DNA of 64,000 bases, taken from NCBI GenBank assembly GCA_965369995.1, contig CBDURO010000003.1, positions 8,292-72,291 on the forward strand, in the 5' to 3' direction. Of this stretch, positions 1 through 9,184 are shown in pieces. Source of the stretch: an uncultured bacterium. GTDB lineage: Bacteria; Fidelibacterota; Marinisomatia; Marinisomatales; JAHJCW01. The translations under genes and the position numbers were made by a program. Each line of letters starts with the position of its first letter. The stretch's first letter is position 1. Under the pieces are notes generated by a model. That model saw only the letters and a list, made by a program, of their open reading frames with translations, did no database searches and was not told the DNA's origin.

Positions 1-201
1 ATATATCTCTTTTAAAGACGTTTAGTAAAATAAAATCTATCCAGGTTTTTATTAGTTATTATGATAACGTTATTCAATAATTTTAGTCATACTATATATT
101 ACATCCTTGTTAAAAATATCAGGAACCTAATTTAATCAATTTACCTATATTGATGACTCTCAATTATGATCATTATAAACATTTCGTAGGCTAATTGTTC
201 T

Positions 202-1080
202 ATGAACATTAAAATAAATTTAGTCCTAGTAGTTGCCTTATTTGCGGTAAGTACATCATCAATCATAGCACGATTCCTACCCGATGTTTCATCTACAGTT
301 ATCTCGCTTTGGCGGCTAGTATTTGCCAGCATTGCTGTCTGGCTTTACAGTTTCTTTAAACCTCAAAATAAAATAAATAAGCAAAATATTATTCCGTTTG
401 TTCTTTCAGGATTCTTTTTAGGTCTACATTTTGTTTGTTTCTATCAAGCGGTAAAATTAACTAGCATCGCAAATGCGACCTTATTGGGTATAACAGCACC
501 TATGTTCACCCTTTTAATTGAGCGATTTAGTTTTAAAAGGAAATTTAAAAAAATAGTTTTTATCGGCTTCGCTGTGGCATTAATTGGTACAATAATGATA
601 ACCGGGTTGAATTTCTCAATTACTGACAGTACGGAAGTTGGTAAATTATATGGACTCTCAGCAGCGCTTTGTATTGCAATTGTGTATCTTTTAGCAAATA
701 AGATTAGAACTGATACAAGAACAGTATCTTATACTCGTTTACTATATTTGATTGCGGCAATGCTTTTATTTGTTATCGCATCTACGAATGGTGAAAATAT
801 CTTTGCATTGAATAAGTCTGATTATTTGTGGTTATTAGCGCTTGGACTCATTCCAACCATTCTGGGACACAGCTTATTATATTATGGAATAAAATTTACG
901 TCCCCCACGATAATAGCTTCGGTGCCGCTCGGCGAACCCGTCATCGCTTCCATTTTGGCATGGATGATCTTTTTTGAAAAAGTTCCGTTTATTACTTTAA
1001 CAGGAGGGATATTAATACTATTCGGCGTATACTTAATTATTGTTAATTCGCCGAGAGCGCATTTGAGCGAAAATTATTAA
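202..1080 (+). CDS. EamA/DMT-superfamily permease
   Basis: 292-aa ORF with about ten hydrophobic segments in two similar halves, typical of EamA-domain transporters. Confidence 0.7.
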   Translation: MNIKINLVLVVALFAVSTSSIIARFLPDVSSTVISLWRLVFASIAVWLYSFFKPQNKINKQNIIPFVLSGFFLGLHFVCFYQAVKLTSIANATLLGITAPMFTLLIERFSFKRKFKKIVFIGFAVALIGTIMITGLNFSITDSTEVGKLYGLSAALCIAIVYLLANKIRTDTRTVSYTRLLYLIAAMLLFVIASTNGENIFALNKSDYLWLLALGLIPTILGHSLLYYGIKFTSPTIIASVPLGEPVIASILAWMIFFEKVPFITLTGGILILFGVYLIIVNSPRAHLSENY

Positions 1081-1762
1081 TTCGTTCATCGCCAACATAT
1101 ACCCCATGATATTCTTCCGATAACAACGTCGCTATCCTGCACATAATTTCCTCTCCGGTTATTTTTATGACTTTTTTTCTTGCTTTACGCTCTTTTGGTA
1201 ATGACATAGGAAAAAATGTTTTTCCTATATTTATTTGCAATTTTGGTCTTATCCCTTTAAACCAATTAGTCCATATATTATCCATTCCAATCAAACTCAT
1301 TGGCAATATTGGTGCACCTGTTGTCATCGCTAAATAGGCTGCTCCATTTTTAGCGGGTCTAATATATTGCTCTGTGGCACCGCCTTCAGGAAAAATTCCC
1401 ACCACTTCACCTTTTTTTAGAGCTGTAATGGATTTCTTTATCGTTGATGGAGCAATATTTTGCCTGTTCGTAGGGATAAATCCATATAGCCACAGAGCCC
1501 ACATAATCTGCGCTTCTATCTTTAGATCACTTGCCATTAAAAAATTAATCGGTCTCTTGATTGCAAAAATAACAAAAGGTGCATCAAACCTATTAAAATG
1601 GTTACAAACTACAATGAACGATCCTTTTTTAGGAATATTTTCACTCCCCTTAATTTGTATCTTTGCCAATATACTACCTAAAAACAATACAAAGTATCCT
1701 AATATATACCGTACAGCTTTTGGTCTCACAGAATATTTGTTAAGATTGCGTTCTTTTGACAT
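1043..1762 (-). CDS. plsC: 1-acyl-sn-glycerol-3-phosphate acyltransferase (LPLAT family)
   Basis: HX4D motif (NHFNRFD) and FPEGG motif; N-terminal hydrophobic anchor; 3' end overlaps the convergent EamA gene by 38 nt. Confidence 0.8.
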   Translation of the reverse strand: MSKERNLNKYSVRPKAVRYILGYFVLFLGSILAKIQIKGSENIPKKGSFIVVCNHFNRFDAPFVIFAIKRPINFLMASDLKIEAQIMWALWLYGFIPTNRQNIAPSTIKKSITALKKGEVVGIFPEGGATEQYIRPAKNGAAYLAMTTGAPILPMSLIGMDNIWTNWFKGIRPKLQINIGKTFFPMSLPKERKARKKVIKITGEEIMCRIATLLSEEYHGVYVGDERINNFRSNALSAN

Positions 1763-1782
1763 TGATTTTTTTATTTAATGAT

Positions 1783-1816
1783 AAAAAAAAGAGGGGCAAT
1801 AAAAGCCCCTCTTTTC
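1783..1816 (-). terminator. Rho-independent terminator downstream of ssb
   Basis: 8-bp GC-rich stem AGAGGGGC (1790-1797) / GCCCCTCT (1805-1812) with a 7-nt loop; an A-run on + gives a U-run on the minus strand. Confidence 0.65.
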
Positions 1817-1829
1817 TTTAAGTCCTAAT

Positions 1830-2231
1830 TTAAAAAGGAAGGTCGTCTTCTTGATCTGCGTCTTTTTGAGCAGAGCCGGTACCTCCGTCTTCCCCCTTGC
1901 GTCCTAACATTGTAAAATTATCACACAATATTTCAGTTGTATATCGTTTTACTTTGTCTTTGTCTTCCCAAGACCTGGTTTGTAAACGCCCCTCAATAAA
2001 TACTAATTGACCTTTTTTCATGTATTCTGCTGCCGTTTCTGCCCTTTTGCCGAAAATTACAACCTTATGCCACTCGGTTTTATCCTTAAGGTCGCCTTCG
2101 GCTGATTTCCACGATTCATTGGTTGCTAAACTAAAATTTGTAACTGCGCTTCCCGATGTCATAAACCGGCTTTCCGGATCTGCCCCAAGATGTCCTATTA
2201 AAAGTACCTTATTTAAACTGCCTTTCTGCAT
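1830..2231 (-). CDS. ssb: single-stranded DNA-binding protein
   Basis: 133 aa; OB-fold N-terminus (LNKVLLIGHLGADPE), Gly/acidic tail ending in DDLPF. Confidence 0.95.
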   Translation of the reverse strand: MQKGSLNKVLLIGHLGADPESRFMTSGSAVTNFSLATNESWKSAEGDLKDKTEWHKVVIFGKRAETAAEYMKKGQLVFIEGRLQTRSWEDKDKVKRYTTEILCDNFTMLGRKGEDGGTGSAQKDADQEDDLPF

Positions 2232-2280
2232 ATTTTTCTCCTATTTATAAATTTTATCATTTGTAAAATTTAACTCTTTT

Positions 2281-2294
2281 TTGTAACGTTACAA
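2281..2294. promoter_or_regulatory. perfect 14-bp palindrome TTGTAACGTTACAA in the ssb upstream region (candidate operator)
   Basis: Read directly; lies 50-63 nt upstream of the ssb start codon and just after the dnaA stop. Confidence 0.3.
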
Positions 2295-2309
2295 TTAAAA
2301 AATTTATTA

Positions 2310-3677
2310 TTATATTATTGCAGCTGAAAGCTCATTTTTCATTGATTCAACCAGTTGTTTTATTCTTTTTTCCGATTTTATTTTATCTTCTATATTTTTG
2401 CAAGCATGTAAAATTGTTGTATGATCTCTACCTCCAAAATATATGCCTATGCTCGAAAGTGACGCACCCAATATTTCCCTGCCAAGATAGGCTGCAATTT
2501 GCCTTGCCTCAACCAACTCTTTTTTTCTACTTGTTCCAACAATCTCTCTTTCTGAAATTGATGTTACTTCGGATACTTTGCGCACTATATCTTCGAGTTT
2601 TATTTCAGCTAAAAATCGCTTCCCAATTCGTTCTTTAACTACTTTTTTTACTAATTGCTCATCGATTTCTTTATTCGATAAGGATGAATAAGCTAGAATA
2701 CGTATAATAGTGCTTTCTAATTCGCGAATGTTATTCTTAATATGTGTGGCCATAAATTCAATCATGGCATATGGTAGACTTAAGCCGTTCTGTTCGGCTT
2801 TCTCTAACAGAATCGCCACTCTTGTCTCAAAATCGGGCGGTTGAATATCCACCGCAAGACCCGAGTGAAAACGTGACAATAACCTGTCTTCCAAACCTTG
2901 CATATCGCCTGGATATCTATCAGCGGTAAGGACAATTTGCCTGCCTGATTGATATAATTCGTTAAACGTATGAAAAAATTGTTCTTGGGTTTGCTCCTTT
3001 CCTTGAAAAAACTGAATATCATCTATTAATAACACGTCGGCTTGCCGATAGAAACGTGAAAATTCAATCGTTTTCGATTTTTGAATACCTGAAATAAAAT
3101 CTAAGGTAAATTTTTCACTTGAGGCACAAATAATATTAATATTTTCATTTTTTGCAAGCAGATGATTTCCGATTGCGTGTAACAAATGCGTTTTACCAAG
3201 ACCAACGCCACCATAAACAACAAGAGGATTAAACGCTTCTACTCCTGGCGATTCTGCCGCAGATAGTGCCGCAGCTTTTGCAAATTGATTATTTGCCCCT
3301 TCAATATATCTAGAAAATGTGTAGTTCTCATTTAAAACCGGTGGTTTAAATCTCTTTTTTCGCTGCGTTTTTTCTCTATCAATGTTTTCAAAATTAATTG
3401 TTGACTCTTTTATTCCGGTAGGTGCAATTGTATATTTTACAGAAAAATCATTTTGTATATTTTCTTTTACCGCAGACTCAATTATACCATGATAATGGCT
3501 ATCAATCCATTCAAAAAAGAACTGATTAGGAACTTCCAATACTAATTCAGTGTCATTTATTGCAATTGGTAAAATTGGCTCAAGCCATGTATTATAGGCA
3601 TGAGATGGTAATTCATGTGAGAGGCTTTCTTTCACCTCTTTCCAAATATTTTCGTGATTTAATTTCAGGTTGTCCAC
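2310..3677 (-). CDS. dnaA: chromosomal replication initiator DnaA
   Basis: 455 aa; AAA+ Walker A GGVGLGKTHLL, Walker B LLIDDIQF, C-terminal helix-turn-helix domain (HTTILHACKNI); GTG start at 3677. Confidence 0.97.
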   Translation of the reverse strand: MDNLKLNHENIWKEVKESLSHELPSHAYNTWLEPILPIAINDTELVLEVPNQFFFEWIDSHYHGIIESAVKENIQNDFSVKYTIAPTGIKESTINFENIDREKTQRKKRFKPPVLNENYTFSRYIEGANNQFAKAAALSAAESPGVEAFNPLVVYGGVGLGKTHLLHAIGNHLLAKNENINIICASSEKFTLDFISGIQKSKTIEFSRFYRQADVLLIDDIQFFQGKEQTQEQFFHTFNELYQSGRQIVLTADRYPGDMQGLEDRLLSRFHSGLAVDIQPPDFETRVAILLEKAEQNGLSLPYAMIEFMATHIKNNIRELESTIIRILAYSSLSNKEIDEQLVKKVVKERIGKRFLAEIKLEDIVRKVSEVTSISEREIVGTSRKKELVEARQIAAYLGREILGASLSSIGIYFGGRDHTTILHACKNIEDKIKSEKRIKQLVESMKNELSAAII

Positions 3678-3689
3678 AAGTTATCAACA
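3670..3689. promoter_or_regulatory. two one-mismatch DnaA boxes (TTGTCCACA 3670-3678, TTATCAACA 3681-3689) at the dnaA 5' end
   Basis: Compared with consensus TTATCCACA; the first box overlaps the dnaA GTG start codon (complement of 3675-3677). Confidence 0.5.
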
Positions 3690-3862
3690 ACAGTGTGTTA
3701 ACAAAACTTACCAAGCTATTTTGATATAATACAAAACTCTTTTTGTTTTTTAATTAAATTTTTATGTTTTTTTCTTGCTACCGCTTGATTTTTTTGTTTT
3801 TCTATTTCTTTTTGATTTTGTGTTCAATAAACGTATTTTCCGGGTCTAAATTTGGAGATGAA

Positions 3863-3997
3863 ATGAAGAGAACCTATCAGCCAAGTCGGCGTAAAAGAAA
3901 AAACAAGCATGGTTTCCGTTCCCGGATGTCAAGCGTGGGCGGACGTAATGTTATTAGTCGCAGACGTAAAAAGGGCAGAAAAAAACTATCTGCATAG
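3863..3997 (+). CDS. rpmH: 50S ribosomal protein L34
   Basis: [22 protein letters not shown]... is the canonical L34 sequence; the ORF-track start at 3764 is an upstream extension. Confidence 0.95.
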   Translation: MKRTYQPSRRKRKNKHGFRSRMSSVGGRNVISRRRKKGRKKLSA

Positions 3998-4005
3998 CAA
4001 AACGA

Positions 4006-4248
4006 ATGCGCTCTACCCTTAATATATTTGATTTTGTGTTTAGAAAAATATTAAAGGCGGTCATTGGGTTGTATCGCCTTACTATTTCACCTTTACTTGG
4101 AAACAATTGCCGGTTTCACCCGACTTGTTCTCAATATGCACTAGATGCATTAAATACAAAAACCTTTTTTAAAGCCCTACCGCTTATAATAATAAGGGTG
4201 TCAAAATGCCATCCTTTTCATCGCGGTGGATATGATCCCGTAAAATAA
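4006..4248 (+). CDS. yidD: membrane protein insertion efficiency factor YidD
   Basis: 80 aa; ISPLLGNNCRFHPTCSQYALDAL and HPFHRGGYDPV motifs; sits directly upstream of yidC. Confidence 0.9.
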   Translation: MRSTLNIFDFVFRKILKAVIGLYRLTISPLLGNNCRFHPTCSQYALDALNTKTFFKALPLIIIRVSKCHPFHRGGYDPVK

Positions 4249-4252
4249 AATA

Positions 4253-5938
4253 ATGGACAAAAAAACACTTCTCGCCTTTTTTCTTATTGCTGTTGTTTTA
4301 ATATTAATGCCATACTATATGAAAGTAGTGGCGCCTCCAGAACAGCTAACATCGCCAACCGATTCTGTTACAACAGTGACCGCACGACAAATCGAACCGG
4401 TCTCGACAAAAACAGATATTGTTTCACCACCTATCAGAGAAATTGTTGATAGTCCTTCGTATGAAAGCGTGCAACAATACGTTGCAGAACGGACATTAGC
4501 TGTTGAAACCCCACTTTACACCACAAACATAAGTAACAAAAACGGCGGTTCTTTTACATCGTTTATCTTAAAAAACTACAAAGCAACCGACTCAACATCT
4601 GTACAACTTGTGGATAACTTCAATAATAATAATTTATTGTTTGAGGCAGTTTCTGTTGATGGCGTTCCATTAATTTTAAGCGCCCCATGGGAATTAAGTA
4701 AATCAAAGAGAAGCTTTAATGTTTTTGACGAACCAATATCAATAAAGTTCACTACAGTTATATCAGGAAAAACCATTTCAAAAACACTCACCTTTAATCC
4801 GAATTCATACAAAATTGACGTTTCTTTTGACTTATCAGAAATAAGAGATCAAATTTCTCAAGGGCTTTATTCATTGTCTTGGAATGGTGGTTTGCCCTCT
4901 ACAGAAAAAAATTTAAAGGATGAATTGTTTTACTATAAAGCATATGTCTATCAAGGTGACGAGCTCAGTTCTGAAAAATTACGCAAGCATAAAACACTTG
5001 ATGAAAAGTATCGTGGACAAACAAACTGGGTTGGAACGCGAAATAAGTACTTTTTAACTGCAATTATACCTGTCGACAATGCCATTGGCGCACATCTTGG
5101 AGGCACATACGAATCTGATACCCCAAAATTCGATGTTTCAATAAAACAACAAGTAAATTCTAGTAATTCTTTTACTTTATATCTAGGGCCATTGGAATAT
5201 AAAAGCGTATCCTCCCTTGGCGTTAATCTGGAGCAAACTATGTCAATGGGATGGTCTTTGATTCGTCCGATAAGCAGAGGTGTTTTAGCCGCCCTTGTTG
5301 CGATGCATAAATTCATACCGAATTACGGTGTTGTGCTAATAATATTTTCAATTCTTATTAAAATAATTGTGTATCCGCTAACGAAAAAAAGCTACCAGTC
5401 TATGAAGGCAATGAGTACTCTTCAGCCGAAAATTAAAGCCTTAAAGGAAAAATACGCTAAAGATCCTCAGAAGTTAAATAAAGCAACTATGCGGCTTTAC
5501 AAAGAAGAGGGTGTTAACCCGATGGGTGGTTGTTTGCCAATGTTAATCCAAATGCCCCTATTATTTGCGCTTTTTCAGGTTTTCAGATCAACAATTGAAT
5601 TACGTGGCCAACCGTTTATTTTATGGATAACTGACCTTTCCGCTCCTGACACTTTGTTAGAAATCGGCGGTTTTCCGATTAACATTCTGCCGCTTCTGAT
5701 GGCTGTTTCAATGTTCATTCAACAAAAAATGAATCCAACTTCTATGGGAGCGGGGGCCGGACAACAAAAATCAATGATGTATTTTATGAACATATTCTTC
5801 ATTTTCATTTTTTACCGTTTACCTTCGGGGTTAAATCTTTATTATACGTTGTTTAATGTTCTTACGATTCTTCAACAAAAGTATTTAACACCACATCAAG
5901 AACCTGTTACTCAACCGGTAAAGATTAAGAAAAAATGA
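4253..5938 (+). CDS. yidC: membrane protein insertase YidC
   Basis: 561 aa; N-terminal TM, large periplasmic domain, conserved C-terminal core (PLTKKSYQSMKAM, GCLPMLIQMP). Confidence 0.95.
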   Translation: MDKKTLLAFFLIAVVLILMPYYMKVVAPPEQLTSPTDSVTTVTARQIEPVSTKTDIVSPPIREIVDSPSYESVQQYVAERTLAVETPLYTTNISNKNGGSFTSFILKNYKATDSTSVQLVDNFNNNNLLFEAVSVDGVPLILSAPWELSKSKRSFNVFDEPISIKFTTVISGKTISKTLTFNPNSYKIDVSFDLSEIRDQISQGLYSLSWNGGLPSTEKNLKDELFYYKAYVYQGDELSSEKLRKHKTLDEKYRGQTNWVGTRNKYFLTAIIPVDNAIGAHLGGTYESDTPKFDVSIKQQVNSSNSFTLYLGPLEYKSVSSLGVNLEQTMSMGWSLIRPISRGVLAALVAMHKFIPNYGVVLIIFSILIKIIVYPLTKKSYQSMKAMSTLQPKIKALKEKYAKDPQKLNKATMRLYKEEGVNPMGGCLPMLIQMPLLFALFQVFRSTIELRGQPFILWITDLSAPDTLLEIGGFPINILPLLMAVSMFIQQKMNPTSMGAGAGQQKSMMYFMNIFFIFIFYRLPSGLNLYYTLFNVLTILQQKYLTPHQEPVTQPVKIKKK

Positions 5939-7290
5939 TCTCTGATACAATCGTTGCTCCGGCGACACCATATGGTATTGGCGGAATTGCGGTTGTTCGC
6001 CTAAGCGGCTCACAATCCCTGTCGATTGTTCATAACTTATTAAATAACAATAGATTATGTAAAAAATTTAAACATCGATATGCAACCTTGGTTAACCTTC
6101 AAGATGAGAACGGCGTTGCAATAGACGAATCCATTGTAACTTTCTTTGAGGCGCCTAATTCATATACCGGTGAAGACTTAATTGAAATATCATGCCACGG
6201 CAGCCCTGTTGTTGTGGATAAAATTATCTCAACCTGTTGCCATTTTGGTGCACGGATTGCCGACCCTGGAGAGTTTACAAAACGTGCCTTTATCAATGGG
6301 AAAATGGATCTTACGCAGGCCGAGGCTGTTGCTTCTTTAATCCATTCACTATCAGAAGAAGGTCGTCAATTAAATTTACGTTTGCTTCGTGGTGAATTAT
6401 CAAAAAAGTTAAATGGTTTCCGAAAAATATTGATTGATGCGGTTTCAATGATTGAATTTGAGCTTGATATTTCAGAAGATAAGCTTCAACCGGATTTAAA
6501 TGCTCAGGTATTGAAAATTGTAACAGAACAAATCAACCAAATCCAAGAACTACTAGATTCATATAAACAGGTTCGTATGCTTAATCGCGGAGCCCTTGTT
6601 GTTATTGCGGGACCACCGAATGTCGGTAAATCCACCTTGTTAAATATTCTCTCGGAAACCAATAGAGCTATCACAAGCAATTTGCCCGGCACTACGCGCG
6701 ATACGATTGACGTACCTTTAATTTTAGACGGTGTACCAATTAATTTGGTTGATACAGCTGGAATGCGTCAAACTTCCGAAGAAATTGAACAGGAAGGGGT
6801 GAGCAGAACATTCAATTATTTAAAAAAAGCTGACTTAATCCTTTTGGTTCATGATCCCGGATTAGTTAAAATTCCTTATGATGATTATCCAAATAATATT
6901 CCGATTATAGAAATTATGAATAAGGTCGATTTACTCAATAAACCAGAATTAGAATCCACCCAACGCGTTTATTCCAACCGATTATTTTTATCAGCCAAAA
7001 CTGGCTTTAATATTAAGCTGTTAAAACAACAAATAAAAACATCTCTAGGGATTAGCAGTTCTTTATCTGATAATATTACTATAACAACAAGCCGCCAACA
7101 GCGTGCCCTAAAACACTGTTTCGATAAACTAAATACAACTGTTGAGCTTTTGAACAACCCGCGATGCGCCTATGAGCTTGTATCAATTGAACTGCGAGAA
7201 GCACTTGATGCAATCGGTACAATACTGGGAAAAACCACGCCGGACGATATTTTAAATAATATTTTCAAGCAATTCTGCGTAGGCAAATAA
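5935..7290 (+). CDS. mnmE: tRNA modification GTPase MnmE
   Basis: G1 GPPNVGKSTLLN, DTAG, NKVD; C-terminal CVGK; 4-nt overlap with yidC. Confidence 0.95.
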   Translation: MISDTIVAPATPYGIGGIAVVRLSGSQSLSIVHNLLNNNRLCKKFKHRYATLVNLQDENGVAIDESIVTFFEAPNSYTGEDLIEISCHGSPVVVDKIISTCCHFGARIADPGEFTKRAFINGKMDLTQAEAVASLIHSLSEEGRQLNLRLLRGELSKKLNGFRKILIDAVSMIEFELDISEDKLQPDLNAQVLKIVTEQINQIQELLDSYKQVRMLNRGALVVIAGPPNVGKSTLLNILSETNRAITSNLPGTTRDTIDVPLILDGVPINLVDTAGMRQTSEEIEQEGVSRTFNYLKKADLILLVHDPGLVKIPYDDYPNNIPIIEIMNKVDLLNKPELESTQRVYSNRLFLSAKTGFNIKLLKQQIKTSLGISSSLSDNITITTSRQQRALKHCFDKLNTTVELLNNPRCAYELVSIELREALDAIGTILGKTTPDDILNNIFKQFCVGK

Positions 7291-7305
7291 GTTTCACGTG
7301 AAACA
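7290..7305. promoter_or_regulatory. parS (ParB-binding) site AGTTTCACGTGAAACA
   Basis: 15 of 16 match to the conserved chromosomal parS TGTTNCACGTGAAACA; 14-bp perfect palindrome; the mnmG GTG start is its centre. Confidence 0.75.
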
Positions 7306-9184
7306 TTCAGCAGGCAATAAATTTGATGTAATCGTTATCGGTGGCGGTCATGCCGGCGTGGAGGCGGCCCTCGCAAGCGCCCGTCTCGGCGTTAAAACCG
7401 CTCTCATATCGCAAGATAGGCATGCAATTGCCCGAATGTCGTGCAATCCGGCGATCGGTGGCCTGGCAAAGGGACAAATTGTACGCGAGATTGATGTTCT
7501 TGGTGGCATTGTGGGACTTGCCGCTGATGCGGCGGGGCTACAGTTTAAGCTATTAAACCGCTCAAAGGGACGTTCTGTCTGGTCGCCTCGTGCGCAAACC
7601 GATAAACGAGTGTATGAAAGTTGTGTTTTACATTTGGTTGAAGTTTCCGAAAATCTTACTTTAATAACGGGAGAGGCTGTTGATATTATTGATAAACATA
7701 ATCTTATCTCTGGCGTCATGCTACGCAATGGTGAGCGGTTTGTTTGTAATTCTCTTGTAATAACTTGTGGCACGTTTCTAAATGGCTTGATTCACATCGG
7801 AAACCGAAAAATTCCAGCCGGGCGTATGGGTGAATCAAGTTCTATCGGAATAACGGAATCGCTGATTAAGCGTGGCCTTAAAGCGGGACGGCTTAAAACC
7901 GGAACGCCGCCACGACTATTTAAGGAAACAGTTAATTGGGAAAAACTATACACTATCGTTGGCGATGAAAACCCTGTTCCGTTTTCGTATCGGACAAAGA
8001 ATTTTAATCCACCGAACATAGCGTGTCATGTGGCTAAAACAAATCCTTCCTGTCACGATATTATTTATAACGATATCGAGCGTTCCCCGTTGTTTTCGGG
8101 AGATATATTTGGTGAAGGTCCGCGCTACTGTCCATCGATAGAAGATAAAATTCATCGTTTTTCACACCATAATTCACATACATTGTTTTTAGAACCGGAG
8201 TGGCGCGATTCCGATCAAATTTATGTGAACGGCTTTGCTTCTAGTCTTCCTGAAGATGTTCAGATAAACGCGCTGCGTCAGGTTCCGGGATTAGAGAAAG
8301 TAGAGTTTTTGCGACCTGGCTATGCAATTGAATATGACTTTTTTCCACCGGCTCAATTGAAAGCCACGCTTGAATCAAAATTTATAAACGGATTATATTT
8401 TGCCGGACAGGTAAACGGAACTTCCGGCTATGAGGAAGCTGCCGGACAGGGACTAGTCGCGGGCATTAACGCCGCAAAGCTTGTTTTAAGGCAAAAACCG
8501 CTTACCTTGCACCGCGATGAAGCCTATATTGGAGTTTTAATAGACGATCTTATAACCAAAGACACGATGGAGCCATATCGTATGTTTACGTCAAGAGCAG
8601 AACATCGCTTGCTATTGCGATACTCCAATGCAGATCAACGTCTTGCCGAAAAAGCCAAACAATATGATTTAATCGATGACGTATTTTATGATTTTCTTTT
8701 CAACAAGATACAAACAACGGAGCAACTTGTAGAAAACTTGAACAATAGCGTTAAGCCAGATGAAGTAAACGAGATACTGTCGGATATTGACGGAACAGTT
8801 ATTAAGCATTCTCAACCAGCCAGACAAATACTTAAGAGACCTGGAATTGAACTTTCTCATTTACCGGAACGCTTTACGGAGAACATTGATTATTCCAATT
8901 TCGATAAACATATAATCGATGAAATATACACGGAGGCCGAAACAACAATTAAATATGCCGGTTATATCGTTCGCCAATATGAACAAATTGAACGGTTAAA
9001 ATCACAAGAGAAACTTTCTATACCAAAGAATTTTAATTATCTTTCGATTAACAGCTTGTCAAACGAAGCGCGCGAAAAGCTTAATTTTGTTAAGCCCGAA
9101 ACACTTGGTCAAGCGATGCGGGTTTCTGGAGTTACGCCCGCAGATATTGGTGTATTGTCCGTCTTGCTTTATAAATCAAAATGA
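7298..9184 (+). CDS. mnmG: tRNA uridine 5-carboxymethylaminomethyl modification enzyme MnmG (GidA)
   Basis: 628 aa; FAD-binding FDVIVIGGGHAGVEAA; GTG is the only in-frame start between the upstream stop (7280) and the conserved N-terminus. Confidence 0.95.
   Translation: MKHSAGNKFDVIVIGGGHAGVEAALASARLGVKTALISQDRHAIARMSCNPAIGGLAKGQIVREIDVLGGIVGLAADAAGLQFKLLNRSKGRSVWSPRAQTDKRVYESCVLHLVEVSENLTLITGEAVDIIDKHNLISGVMLRNGERFVCNSLVITCGTFLNGLIHIGNRKIPAGRMGESSSIGITESLIKRGLKAGRLKTGTPPRLFKETVNWEKLYTIVGDENPVPFSYRTKNFNPPNIACHVAKTNPSCHDIIYNDIERSPLFSGDIFGEGPRYCPSIEDKIHRFSHHNSHTLFLEPEWRDSDQIYVNGFASSLPEDVQINALRQVPGLEKVEFLRPGYAIEYDFFPPAQLKATLESKFINGLYFAGQVNGTSGYEEAAGQGLVAGINAAKLVLRQKPLTLHRDEAYIGVLIDDLITKDTMEPYRMFTSRAEHRLLLRYSNADQRLAEKAKQYDLIDDVFYDFLFNKIQTTEQLVENLNNSVKPDEVNEILSDIDGTVIKHSQPARQILKRPGIELSHLPERFTENIDYSNFDKHIIDEIYTEAETTIKYAGYIVRQYEQIERLKSQEKLSIPKNFNYLSINSLSNEAREKLNFVKPETLGQAMRVSGVTPADIGVLSVLLYKSK

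Noticed and set aside
3764-3862. 33-codon N-terminal extension of the rpmH ORF ([16 protein letters not shown]...)
   Set aside because: It is a low-complexity translation of the T-rich promoter region. L34 universally begins at MKRTYQP, so the start was set at 3863.
7348-7773. 141-aa antisense ORF inside mnmG. Similar shadow ORFs lie at 1374-1778, 18306-18758, 31808-32368, 36292-37206 and 62533-62910
   Set aside because: All lie fully inside, and antisense or out of frame to, strongly supported genes. Their compositions (Ala/Arg/Ser/Pro- or His/Leu/Gln-rich) are typical of shadow frames.
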